Origin: Chloroflexota bacterium
GTDB taxonomy: Bacteria > Chloroflexota > Anaerolineae > UBA1429
Assembly (NCBI GenBank): GCA_034722245.1
Contig: JAYENT010000043.1
Span: 93-64,092, forward strand
DNA length: 64,000 nt
Direction of reading: 5' to 3'
Below are positions 37,338 to 46,294 of the stretch, piece by piece. The notes under the pieces were generated by a model. The model saw only the letters and a list, made by a program, of their open reading frames with translations, was not told where the DNA came from and did no database searches. The stretch's first letter is position 1. Each line of letters starts with the position of its first letter. A program made the translations under genes and the position numbers.

Positions 37338-38507
37338 ATGACGAAACGTAGATTCCACATTGCTACAGAGGATGAGATCCGTGGGGGCCAGGTGACGGAT
37401 ATTTACTTTGAGAGGGCGCGCGCGGCGATCAGGGCCCGCGACGCGGACAAGGTGGTAGTGGGCGAGGTGCGGGCGCGGAACTTGCCCGGCGACCTGCCCT
37501 GGGCTGTCCTTACGGGCATTGAAGAGGTGGCCAATCTATTGGAGGGACTGGATATTCAGGTGTGGTCCCTGCCAGAGGGGACCGTCTTTCGGGCTGGCGA
37601 TCCCGTGCTGACCATCAAGGGGCCTTATACAGCCTTCGGTCACTTTGAGACAGCGTTTCTGGGGTTGATGTGCCAGGCATCGGGTATAGCGACTAGGGCA
37701 GCACGCTGTCGTCTTGCCGCCGGTGACCGCATCTTGCTTAGTTTTGGCGCGCGGAGGATGCATCCCGCTCTGGCGCCCATGATAGAGCGGGCCTGCTACG
37801 TGGGTGGCTGTGACGGGGTGTCCACTGTAGCGGCCGCGGACGTCATGGGCATTGAACCCACGGGCACTATGCCCCATGCCTTGATCCTCATTCTTGGCGA
37901 CACCCTGGAGGCGGCGCGGGCCTTTGATGAGGTGGTGCCCCCTGAGGTGACGCGTATCGTGCTGATCGATACCTTCAAGGATGAGAAATTCGAGGCGCTG
38001 CGCTTGGCGGAGGCCATGGGCGATGCGCTCTTTGGCGTACGTTTCGATACGCCCTCCTCGCGACGTGGCGACCTATATGACCTGATGGAGGAGACGCGCT
38101 GGGAGCTCGACATCCGCGGATATGAATCGGTCAAGTTCTTTGCCAGTGGGGGCTTGGATGAATACAACATCCCCAGGCTGAATCCAATCTGCGATGGCTA
38201 TGGCGTGGGCACATCGTTGTCCAATGCGCCCACGATCAATTTCGCTTTCGACATTGTGGAGATAGAGGGAGAGCCCTTTACCAAACGGGGCAAGAAGGGG
38301 GGCGGCAAGTTCCTAGCCCGCTGCCCGGCCTGTGGTGCTTCCGAAGTCGTGTACTGGAAGCGGGATCCGGGACGCTGTGCATGCGGGGAGGAACGCGAGT
38401 TTCTAAACGAGCGCCTGATAGAGGATGGACGGATCGTGGCTGATCTGCCGTCGGCTACCGATATTCGCGAGTATGTCCTGGAGCAACTCAAAGGGTTGAG
38501 CCTGTAA
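37338..38507 (+). CDS. Nicotinate phosphoribosyltransferase, archaeal type with C-terminal Cys4 zinc knuckle
   Basis: DIYFERA, FGARRMHP and GTMPHALI. C-terminal CPACG ... CACG. The ATG at 37338 follows AGGGGGA. Confidence 0.8.
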   Translation: MTKRRFHIATEDEIRGGQVTDIYFERARAAIRARDADKVVVGEVRARNLPGDLPWAVLTGIEEVANLLEGLDIQVWSLPEGTVFRAGDPVLTIKGPYTAFGHFETAFLGLMCQASGIATRAARCRLAAGDRILLSFGARRMHPALAPMIERACYVGGCDGVSTVAAADVMGIEPTGTMPHALILILGDTLEAARAFDEVVPPEVTRIVLIDTFKDEKFEALRLAEAMGDALFGVRFDTPSSRRGDLYDLMEETRWELDIRGYESVKFFASGGLDEYNIPRLNPICDGYGVGTSLSNAPTINFAFDIVEIEGEPFTKRGKKGGGKFLARCPACGASEVVYWKRDPGRCACGEEREFLNERLIEDGRIVADLPSATDIREYVLEQLKGLSL

Positions 38508-38612
38508 GGGCAGTTCGTCTCTATGCCGTTTCTTTTCACAGACGTTCTCAGGTGGCTCATGCGGTGCCAAGTCCCCAGGCGAGTTTTGGCGCCGCATGTG
38601 GCGTAGCATACG

Positions 38613-39221
38613 TTATTCTGCCGTACGCGCGGCCATGCGCAGTTCGCCGTCCTGAAACATGGTGACTAGGGCGGCTACGGGGTGCTCATATTCGCATTCG
38701 AGAATCTCTTTGCAGAGAGCTTCCGCCGTGTCGCTATCCAGATCGATGGGGGTGGGAGAGGTGTGTTCGTAGGTGGCGATAAGAAAGGCCTCGCCCGGCG
38801 CCACCTCTATACTTTTCACCGTCAATTGGTCGTCAGCGACGATGCCCAGGTAGCCTTGGTCGGCCTTGCCATCCAATCCAGCGGCTATGCGGGGAGTATG
38901 GTAGCTATCGTGCTCATAGTCCATGGCCAGAAGGGAGAGGGCCATGGCGTCGCGCAGGCCATAACCGATCTTGACCTTGTCGATGATGGGATCCACGTGG
39001 GTGCCGTTCGATACGATCAGCACGTCTTGGTACGTGCGCACGCAATTGTAAGAGATGTAGGGATTGTCCGATGGAGGCGCGTCCTCCGTGGGGATGACTA
39101 CAGCGCGATCCTCCCCCGTACGAATGGTGCGGTTGGGAAAGGAGCGTGATGAGACCCGATATCCCAGGTACCATTCTCCCGTGCCCGTCTTGCCCAAAAT
39201 GACGAATCTGCCGATGTACAT
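38613..39221 (-). CDS. purO: IMP cyclohydrolase, archaeal PurO type
   Basis: MYIGRFVILGK ... YRVSSRSFPNR ... NPYISYNCVR. 202 aa. Confidence 0.75.
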   Translation of the reverse strand: MYIGRFVILGKTGTGEWYLGYRVSSRSFPNRTIRTGEDRAVVIPTEDAPPSDNPYISYNCVRTYQDVLIVSNGTHVDPIIDKVKIGYGLRDAMALSLLAMDYEHDSYHTPRIAAGLDGKADQGYLGIVADDQLTVKSIEVAPGEAFLIATYEHTSPTPIDLDSDTAEALCKEILECEYEHPVAALVTMFQDGELRMAARTAE

Positions 39222-39247
39222 TGTCCCTCCGTTTTGTCGTAAGTATC

Positions 39248-40306
39248 CTAAACCCAGCCGTGCTGATAGCAGGTATCATACATGGCAACCACGTTCTCTG
39301 GCGGACTGACGGCCTGAATATTATGGCACGGCGCCAGGATATAGCCGCCATCGGTATCAAGGAAGCGCAGGTTGTCTAGGACTTCCTGGCGCACCTCTTT
39401 CACGCTCCCAAAGGCCAGCGTATACTGGTTGTCCATGGCCCCATGGAAGATGATGTCGTCGCCAAAGTCGCGTTTGAGTCCCTCTCGTTCCATGCCCGTG
39501 CAGCGCCACTGGACGGGATTGAGCACGTCTATGCCTGCCTCGATCATATCGGGAAGGATCTTGCGCACAGCGCCATCGCTATGAAAGAAGACGAAGGCGC
39601 CCGCCTCGTGGGCTAGGTCCATCATGCGCTTCATGCGCGGGATGAGGAACTCGTGAATCTGTTCCGGCGAGAAAAGAAGCCCCTCCTGGCTGCCCATATC
39701 CTCTGCTATATACGTAATCATCACCTCTCCAGGGATCGCTTCGTAAATGCGCAGCGTATTCTGATAGGCTAGCTCAAAGAGCTTGTCCAGACAATAGTGT
39801 ACCATCTCCGGATGGAGCACGAGGTCCATAAAGGCGAGTTCCTGACCGCGGAGATCCTTGTATATCAGGAACGGTTCAGATCCTCCGCCTCGGATGGGGT
39901 ACTCCTCCCAGCCCTCGATCTGCTGTTCAAGGTCCGAGTAGTCGTACCAGTCAGGGCTAGGCCAGCGATAGTTCGCCTCGATCTCTTCCACGCTTTCGTA
40001 TTCGGCTAGAGGATGATACACAGCTTCGCGATACGCGCCGGTACCATAATCTATATCGCGGTACCCGATCCCATAGACGTCCTCATTCTCGGGGCAAGGG
40101 GGGCCGATGTAGCGAGGTCTCACAGTAAAGGGCCTGTCGATGTGTAGCCGTTCGAGCAACTCTCGTTCGCTATCAACTCCCAGGTGGGCCAGCAGTTTCT
40201 CTTCCGCTTCGTCTGTCGTCCAGTAATCCATGGGCACGCGATCCGGCTTTTTGCGTTCCAGCACGGCTCGCCATCGTTCACGGGGCGTCATCGTTTCTTT
40301 AGGCAT
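39248..40306 (-). CDS. Uroporphyrinogen decarboxylase (URO-D) family protein, paralog 2
   Basis: FFHSDGAVRKILPDMIEAGIDVLNPVQ ... PCHNIQ. The ATG at 40306 follows GAGGAAGGA. Confidence 0.75.
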   Translation of the reverse strand: MPKETMTPRERWRAVLERKKPDRVPMDYWTTDEAEEKLLAHLGVDSERELLERLHIDRPFTVRPRYIGPPCPENEDVYGIGYRDIDYGTGAYREAVYHPLAEYESVEEIEANYRWPSPDWYDYSDLEQQIEGWEEYPIRGGGSEPFLIYKDLRGQELAFMDLVLHPEMVHYCLDKLFELAYQNTLRIYEAIPGEVMITYIAEDMGSQEGLLFSPEQIHEFLIPRMKRMMDLAHEAGAFVFFHSDGAVRKILPDMIEAGIDVLNPVQWRCTGMEREGLKRDFGDDIIFHGAMDNQYTLAFGSVKEVRQEVLDNLRFLDTDGGYILAPCHNIQAVSPPENVVAMYDTCYQHGWV

Positions 40307-40346
40307 GATCCTTCCTCTTATAGTACACTTTGCTCTGCGTTTCGAG

Positions 40347-42017
40347 TTACATCCTTTCGGGGGCACTCATCCCCATGATTTCCAGCGCCCGTGCCAGGGC
40401 GATCTTGCAGGCCCTGACGAGCTTGAGGCGCGCTTTGGTCAGCTCCTCGTCCTCTGGATCGGAACTCAGCACGCGGCAGTCACGGTAGAAGGTATGAAAG
40501 GCACCCGCCAAGTCATAGGCGTAGTAGGTCAAGTGGTGAGGCGCCAAGAGGTCCGCAGAAAGGCGCACCACCTCTGGCAGGCGCAGCATCTGACGGATGA
40601 GGGCCAGCTCTGGCTCGCTGGTCAACAATGCCACATCGCCGTCCGCGTGGTCTATACGGCTGGCGCGGCGAAGAATGGAGCAGATGCGCGCATGGGCATA
40701 CTGGATATAGTAGACGGGGTTGTCCTGCGACCGCTCCTTGGCCAGATCGATATCGAACTCCATCTGGCTGTCCGCCGAGCGGGAGAGAAGAAAGTAACGC
40801 ATGGCGTCGCTGCCCACTTCGTCCAGCACCTCGCGCAATGTTACGATGTCCCCCGTGCGTTTGGATAGACGCACTATTTCCCCGCCCCGCTTGAGCGTCA
40901 CCAGTTGGTAGATGATGATCTCCAGACGATCCGGGTCCAATGAGAGCGCCTTCATCATGGCCTTCATGCGGGGCACGTGTCCCTGATGGTCGGCTCCCCA
41001 GATGTCGACCACGCGCTCAAACCCGCGCTGGACGAACTTGTTATAGTGGTAGGCTATGTCCGAGGCGAAATAGCCAGGAGTGCCATCGGAACGGATCACC
41101 ACTTCGTCCTTTTCGCCGCCCAGCGCCGTCGCTTTGAGCCACGTGGCGCCCTCGTGCTCGTAAAGGTAGCCACCTTCCTTCAATATGGTCATGACCTGCT
41201 CGAACTGCCCATTTTCGTACAGGCTTTTCTCGGAGAACCAGCGATCGTATTCGATGCCCAGGAGACCCAGATCTTCTCTTGCTCCTTCGATGACGTACTC
41301 AAGCCCAATAGCCCCAATCTGCTCCAGGGCCTTCTGTTTTGGCATCTCCAAGAAGCGTTTTCCATGCTTGGCGGCAATCTCCTCGCCAATATCCACCACG
41401 TAGGGTCCATGGTAGCCATCCTCTGGGACAGCGGCGTTTTCCCCCAGAGCCTGGGCATAGCGCGCATAGAGGGTCTCGTAGAAGACTTGCATGCGGCTTC
41501 CGGCGTCATTGACATAATACTCACGCTGTACATCGTATCCTGCCGTTTCCAATACGGAGGCGAGAGCGTCTCCCAGGACGGCGTTCCGTGCAGATCCCAT
41601 GTGCAGAGGGCCGGTAGGGTTGGCGCTGACGTATTCAACTTGCACCTGGCGTCCTTCTCCCAGGTCGATCTTGCCATAGTCTCCGGCTGTGTTCAGGATC
41701 GCCTCTACCTGGGATGTGAGCCACGATTCGCTGAGCCGAAAGTTGATGAATCCTGGGGGAGCGACCTCCACGGTGCCGAGAAAGGGCAAATCGGGCAGAT
41801 GCTCCGCCACGATCTCGGCGATTCTCAGGGGGGGCATGTGGAACTCACCTGCAAGCTTCATGCACATGGGCGTGGCAAAATCGCCCAAGGTCTCATCCTT
41901 GGGGTGCTCAACGGCTATGTCTTCGGGCAAGCCGGAGGCGGGGAGGGTTTCCGCTTTCTGCGACGCGTGCAGGGCTTCGATAAGGGCTTTACGGAGTTCA
42001 ACGTCCAAGAGTACCAC
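40347..42017 (-). CDS. argS: Arginine--tRNA ligase
   Basis: ANPTGPLHMGSARN (HIGH-like), RLSKRTG (KMSK-like), and the C-terminal anticodon-binding domain ending in M. Confidence 0.95.
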   Translation of the reverse strand: MVLLDVELRKALIEALHASQKAETLPASGLPEDIAVEHPKDETLGDFATPMCMKLAGEFHMPPLRIAEIVAEHLPDLPFLGTVEVAPPGFINFRLSESWLTSQVEAILNTAGDYGKIDLGEGRQVQVEYVSANPTGPLHMGSARNAVLGDALASVLETAGYDVQREYYVNDAGSRMQVFYETLYARYAQALGENAAVPEDGYHGPYVVDIGEEIAAKHGKRFLEMPKQKALEQIGAIGLEYVIEGAREDLGLLGIEYDRWFSEKSLYENGQFEQVMTILKEGGYLYEHEGATWLKATALGGEKDEVVIRSDGTPGYFASDIAYHYNKFVQRGFERVVDIWGADHQGHVPRMKAMMKALSLDPDRLEIIIYQLVTLKRGGEIVRLSKRTGDIVTLREVLDEVGSDAMRYFLLSRSADSQMEFDIDLAKERSQDNPVYYIQYAHARICSILRRASRIDHADGDVALLTSEPELALIRQMLRLPEVVRLSADLLAPHHLTYYAYDLAGAFHTFYRDCRVLSSDPEDEELTKARLKLVRACKIALARALEIMGMSAPERM

Positions 42018-44758
42018 TACTTCATCTCCATCCAGTTCCTTCCCACGGCAGCATCCACTTTGAGGGGCACATCCAGGGTGTAGGCGTTTTCCATGGTGTC
42101 CACCACCAGTTCCTGCGTTCTGGCCAGCTCATCCTCTGGCACCTCCAGCACCAGTTCGTCATGTATCTGTAGAATCAAACGCCCCGCCAGCTCTCTTTCC
42201 CGCAGCAAATCGTAGAGGCGAATCATGGCGATTTTGAGTATATCCGCCGCGCTCCCTTGGATGGGCATGTTGATGGCTGCCCTCTCCGCAGCCCGTTGTG
42301 CGCGGCTGTTGCCGGCGTCCGTCGCCTTGAGCATGGGAAAGTAGCGGCGACGGCCCATGATTGTCTCCACGTATCCGTGCTCGCGGGCAAAGGCGAGGGT
42401 TTCTTCAAAGTAGGTTTCCACTTGGCTGAAGCGCTGGAAATATGTCTCTATGAACTGACGCGCTTCGTCGATGGATAGCCCCGTACGGGATGCGAGCCCA
42501 TAGGCCGACATGCCGTACATCAGCCCAAAGTTGATGGTCTTGGCCAAGCCCCGCTGTTCCTTGGTCACCTCTGACAGGGGGATATCATGGATCGCCGCTG
42601 CCGTGGTGGCATGAATGTCCTCACCACGGTGAAAAGCGGCTATCATCTCCGGGTCTGCTGAAAAGTGGGCCAATAGACGCAATTCGACCTGGGAGTAATC
42701 GCAGCCAAGCAACACGTGTCCTGGGGGCGCGACAAAGGCGGCCCGCACATGGCGCCCCAGTTCCGTCCGTACGGGAATGTTCTGCAGGTTGGGGTCACTG
42801 GAGGACAGCCTACCGGTGCTCGTGCCCGTCTGATTATATGAGGTGTGAATCCGCCCTGTGGAGGGATTCACGAGATCGGGCAAGGTGTCTATATAGGTGC
42901 TTTTTAGCTTCTCAAGCTTTCTATATTCCAGAATCAAGTTTACGATGGGGTGCTCTTCTGCCAAGTCCGACAGCACGTCCTTGGCCGTGGAGTAGCCCGT
43001 CTTGGTCCGGCGGATGATGGGCAGTTCCAGTTCCTCGAACAACACGCTGCCAAGTTGTTGTGTCGATCGCACGTTGAACGGGTGGCCAGCGTATGCATGA
43101 ATTTGCTCCTCGAGTTGTTCAAGTTGCTCTTCGATCCTGTGGGACATGGTTTCCAGAGCCCGGGGATCCACGGCCACACCGTGTCGTTCCATGCTCACCA
43201 GTACGGGAATCAGAGGCATCTCCATCTCTACAAAGAGGTCCCACTGCTCCCGTTCCTTAAGTTTGGCCTCCAGAACCTCAGCAAGCCGCAAGGTCATATC
43301 TGCGTCGGCACAAGCATAGGGGGCTGCCTCGGCGATGCTGACCTGGGCCATGGTGCGTTCCTGCTGGCCTTTCTTGATCAGCTCCTCGATGGGCGTCATC
43401 TCGATGCCCAGGCGCTGCCAGACCTGTTCCTTGAGACCGATGCCCCGCCCCGAGGGATTTAACAACCACGCCGCGATCATGGTATCGATACAGGGGCCCT
43501 TGACGGGGAGGCCGTGGCGTTCCAGGACGATTATGTCGAACTTGGCATTGTGGAACACCTTGCAGTTCTCGTTCAACAGTACCGGCCTCAGTCGCTCGCG
43601 TACAAGTTCAAGGGGCAACTGCTCTCCCTGTCTTTCCTCGTGGCCCACGGGTATATAGTACGCCTCACCAGAGGATGTGGAGACAGAGATGCCCACCAGA
43701 TCTGCCGTGAGAATATCGAGGCCCGTCGTCTCTGTGTCGATGGCAAAGCGCGGTGCCGCTTTGAGTTCCTCGGTCAGCCGTGCTAGATCGTCCTCAGAGT
43801 CAACCACCGCATATCGCTCTGACGTCTTTTCAGAAACGACCGCCGCCTCGACGCTCTCAAAAAGCGGAAGCTGACCGGGGTCCGACTTTTTCTTACCGGG
43901 GACGCGGTCCGTGAGAGAATGAAAGCCCAGCTCACGGAACAGTTCCATTACTTTGTCGTGGTCAAAAGTTCCCCACTCGCTGTCTTTCAGACGCAAGTCA
44001 ACGTCCACGTCGCGTTCGATAGTGACCAGATGCTTGCTCAACGTGGCAGACTCGTGCCCGTCTTCGAGGGCACTGCGAAACCTCGTTTGCTTCACGTCAT
44101 TCAGGTGTTCATAGACGGCCTCGACCGAGCCATATTCTTTGAGGAGGCGGGTGGCTGTCTTGATGCCCACGCCACGTACGCCGGGTATGTTGTCTGAAGA
44201 ATCGCCCATAAGGGCCTTGAGGTCGATCAACTGGTCCGGCGTTAACCCATATCGTTCCTTCACAGCGTCGACGTCATAGAGCTTGGTATCTCCCAGCGAT
44301 CGCCGTGGCGTCAGCACTTTGACGTCCTCGGAGACAAGCTGAAGGGCATCACTGTCTCCGGTGACGATAACGGTTTCCAACCCCTCTTGCGTGGCTTGCT
44401 TTGACAGGGTTCCCAAGAGATCATCGGCCTCGTAGCCTTCTTTTGTGTAACAAGGGATGCCTAGGGCATCCGCCAGTTTCTTGATGTGGTTGATTTGAGG
44501 GCTCAGATCATCTGGCATCTTGGCGCGGTGGGCCTTGTACTCCTCATATTCGTCGTGGCGGAAGGTACGGCCGCTGTCAAAGGTGGCGATAATGTAGTCT
44601 GGTGACAGGTCGTCAATGGCCTTAAGCAGCATATTCATGAAGCCAAAACTGGCATTCGTGGGTTCCCCAGAAGGACTTGTTAGCGGGGGGATGGCATGAT
44701 ACGCACGATATGCCAGTGCGTGTGCGTCGATCAACATTAGGCGTTTCTTAGAGTTCAT
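42017..44758 (-). CDS. polA: DNA polymerase I
   Basis: 5'-nuclease N-terminus (LMLIDAHALAYRAYHA), exonuclease region FAIDTETTGLD, and polymerase motifs DYSQVELRLLAH, KTINFGLMYGMSAYGL and QIHDELVLEV. Confidence 0.97.
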   Translation of the reverse strand: MNSKKRLMLIDAHALAYRAYHAIPPLTSPSGEPTNASFGFMNMLLKAIDDLSPDYIIATFDSGRTFRHDEYEEYKAHRAKMPDDLSPQINHIKKLADALGIPCYTKEGYEADDLLGTLSKQATQEGLETVIVTGDSDALQLVSEDVKVLTPRRSLGDTKLYDVDAVKERYGLTPDQLIDLKALMGDSSDNIPGVRGVGIKTATRLLKEYGSVEAVYEHLNDVKQTRFRSALEDGHESATLSKHLVTIERDVDVDLRLKDSEWGTFDHDKVMELFRELGFHSLTDRVPGKKKSDPGQLPLFESVEAAVVSEKTSERYAVVDSEDDLARLTEELKAAPRFAIDTETTGLDILTADLVGISVSTSSGEAYYIPVGHEERQGEQLPLELVRERLRPVLLNENCKVFHNAKFDIIVLERHGLPVKGPCIDTMIAAWLLNPSGRGIGLKEQVWQRLGIEMTPIEELIKKGQQERTMAQVSIAEAAPYACADADMTLRLAEVLEAKLKEREQWDLFVEMEMPLIPVLVSMERHGVAVDPRALETMSHRIEEQLEQLEEQIHAYAGHPFNVRSTQQLGSVLFEELELPIIRRTKTGYSTAKDVLSDLAEEHPIVNLILEYRKLEKLKSTYIDTLPDLVNPSTGRIHTSYNQTGTSTGRLSSSDPNLQNIPVRTELGRHVRAAFVAPPGHVLLGCDYSQVELRLLAHFSADPEMIAAFHRGEDIHATTAAAIHDIPLSEVTKEQRGLAKTINFGLMYGMSAYGLASRTGLSIDEARQFIETYFQRFSQVETYFEETLAFAREHGYVETIMGRRRYFPMLKATDAGNSRAQRAAERAAINMPIQGSAADILKIAMIRLYDLLRERELAGRLILQIHDELVLEVPEDELARTQELVVDTMENAYTLDVPLKVDAAVGRNWMEMK

Positions 44759-44810
44759 CTTTGTCTAACCTCCCGCGCCTGATTATACCACAAGTGTGCG
44801 AGACTACAAC

Positions 44811-44861
44811 GTGGAATATGCTACGCATATTCCTTGGGAGAATCGCCTTGCGATTCTCCAC
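44811..44861 (-). repeat. 51-nt twin-hairpin palindromic element, full copy, intergenic
   Basis: GTGGAATATGC-TAC-GCATATTCC-TTG-GGAGAATCGC-CTT-GCGATTCTCC-AC. Reverse complement of the copies at 51696 and 54646. Starts 53 nt upstream of the polA start. Confidence 0.85.
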
Positions 44862-45001
44862 AGAGATTTGTGCTTGGGGCAGGCAGGTGCTATGGATGCC
44901 AACCCATTCCTCATGCGCGCAGCGTGCAATGGCCCACTTCTACTGCTCTTGCCTCGTCTGATCGTTTTGGCAGGCTTCATGTCCCCGGCGCTTCCATCTG
45001 C

Positions 45002-45032
45002 TTGACAGGATGTATCCAAGGATATATATAAT
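45002..45032 (+). promoter_or_regulatory. Sigma-70-like promoter for the Zn-ADH gene
   Basis: TTGACA, 17-nt spacer, TATATA (TATAAT occurs 2 nt further on). Confidence 0.55.
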
Positions 45033-45076
45033 CAGATGCCGTAGAGGGATTGGAATGGCGCTTAGGAGAGGATTTC

Positions 45077-46153
45077 ATGAGTGGTAGTGAGATGCTTTGT
45101 GCAGTAATGTACGGTGTGGGTGATGTACGTATAGAAAGCCGCCCCGTGCCACAACCTGCCCCGAATGAAGTATTGGTGCGCATCAGGCGCGTGGGGGTTT
45201 GTGGAAGCGACGTGCACTATTTTACCCATGGGCACATCGGCGACTTTGTCGTAGAAGATCCCTTGCTCCTGGGCCATGAGAGCGCCGGCGTGGTGGAGGA
45301 GGTAGGGAGCGCGGCAGAGAAGTTTGCTCCGGGTGACCGCGTGACCATTGAGCCGGGCTATACGTGTGGCCAGTGCTTTTACTGCAAGACGGGCCATTAC
45401 AATCTGTGCCCCGATGTGGTGTTCATGGCCACGCCTCCCATCGATGGCGCCTTTTGTGAGTACGTGGTCTGGCCTGAGGATTTTGTATTTGCCTTGCCGG
45501 ATAGCATGACATTTGAGGAGGGGGCCATGATGGAACCCCTCTCTGTAGGGCTGTGGGCCGCGAAGCGCGGCGAGGTGAAGCCCGGCGATAGCGTGGCCAT
45601 CTTTGGATGTGGCCCCATCGGCCTGCTAACCTTGCAGGCAGCCAAGGCGGCAGGGGCTACCACCCTGATCGCTGTGGATATCGAGGAGTATCGCCTGCAG
45701 CATGCGCGCCGTCTGGGGGCAACGCATGTGGTGAACGACCGCCAAGGGGATGCGGTCGACCATATAAGAGAGGTTACCAGCGGGCTGCGTGGTTTTAGGC
45801 CAGATTATAGTGGCGTGGACGTGGCTTTTGAGACGGCGGGGGCCGCCGCTGCGACGCGGAATACCTTGGCCGCCGTGCGACCCGGCGGCGTGGCCGTTCT
45901 CGTAGGGCTACCGCCCGAGGCCATGGTGGAGATCGACCTGGCGGCCGCATCGAGCAAGGAGATCGACATCCGGGGACAGTTCCGCTATGCCAACCGCTAT
46001 CCTCCTGCCATCGCCCTGACTGTGGATGGCAGAATCGACGTCGCCTCCTTGGTGACCCACCATTTTCCCCTGGAGGAAGCGGCAGATGCCCTGCGTTTCT
46101 CCGACGAGCACAAGGCAGAGTGTCTCAAGGTGATGGTGGACGTAAGTGACTAA
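45077..46153 (+). CDS. Zinc-dependent alcohol/polyol dehydrogenase (sorbitol/threonine dehydrogenase-like)
   Basis: GVCGSDVHY, GHESAGVVEEVG and GCGPIGL. The ATG at 45077 follows GGAGAGG. Confidence 0.85.
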   Translation: MSGSEMLCAVMYGVGDVRIESRPVPQPAPNEVLVRIRRVGVCGSDVHYFTHGHIGDFVVEDPLLLGHESAGVVEEVGSAAEKFAPGDRVTIEPGYTCGQCFYCKTGHYNLCPDVVFMATPPIDGAFCEYVVWPEDFVFALPDSMTFEEGAMMEPLSVGLWAAKRGEVKPGDSVAIFGCGPIGLLTLQAAKAAGATTLIAVDIEEYRLQHARRLGATHVVNDRQGDAVDHIREVTSGLRGFRPDYSGVDVAFETAGAAAATRNTLAAVRPGGVAVLVGLPPEAMVEIDLAAASSKEIDIRGQFRYANRYPPAIALTVDGRIDVASLVTHHFPLEEAADALRFSDEHKAECLKVMVDVSD

Positions 46154-46209
46154 TTTGGGTGGTTGTGAGGGCCTGCTGTGGTCCGGCGTATCCTCAACGT
46201 CCAGCCCCG

Positions 46210-46247
46210 AGAAGCCCTACTTGATGGTAAGGCTTCTTTCTGATTTT
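46210..46247 (+). terminator. Possible terminator after the Zn-ADH gene
   Basis: 7-bp stem AGAAGCC / GGCTTCT with a 14-nt loop, then TTCTGATTTT. Confidence 0.35.
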
Positions 46248-46294
46248 GGAACCCGTTTCCTGTTCCAGCATCCTTTGTTCAGGGGGTGAGCGGT

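Noticed and set aside
40977-42083. 368-aa ORF on the plus strand
   Set aside because: It is antisense to argS and has no motif. I treat it as a GC-rich shadow ORF. The same reasoning applies to 29041-30048 (antisense to xth), 21184-21993 (antisense to DUF362), 2909-3823 (antisense to uxuA), 4442-5389, 9585-10448, 36410-37060 and 48790-49659.
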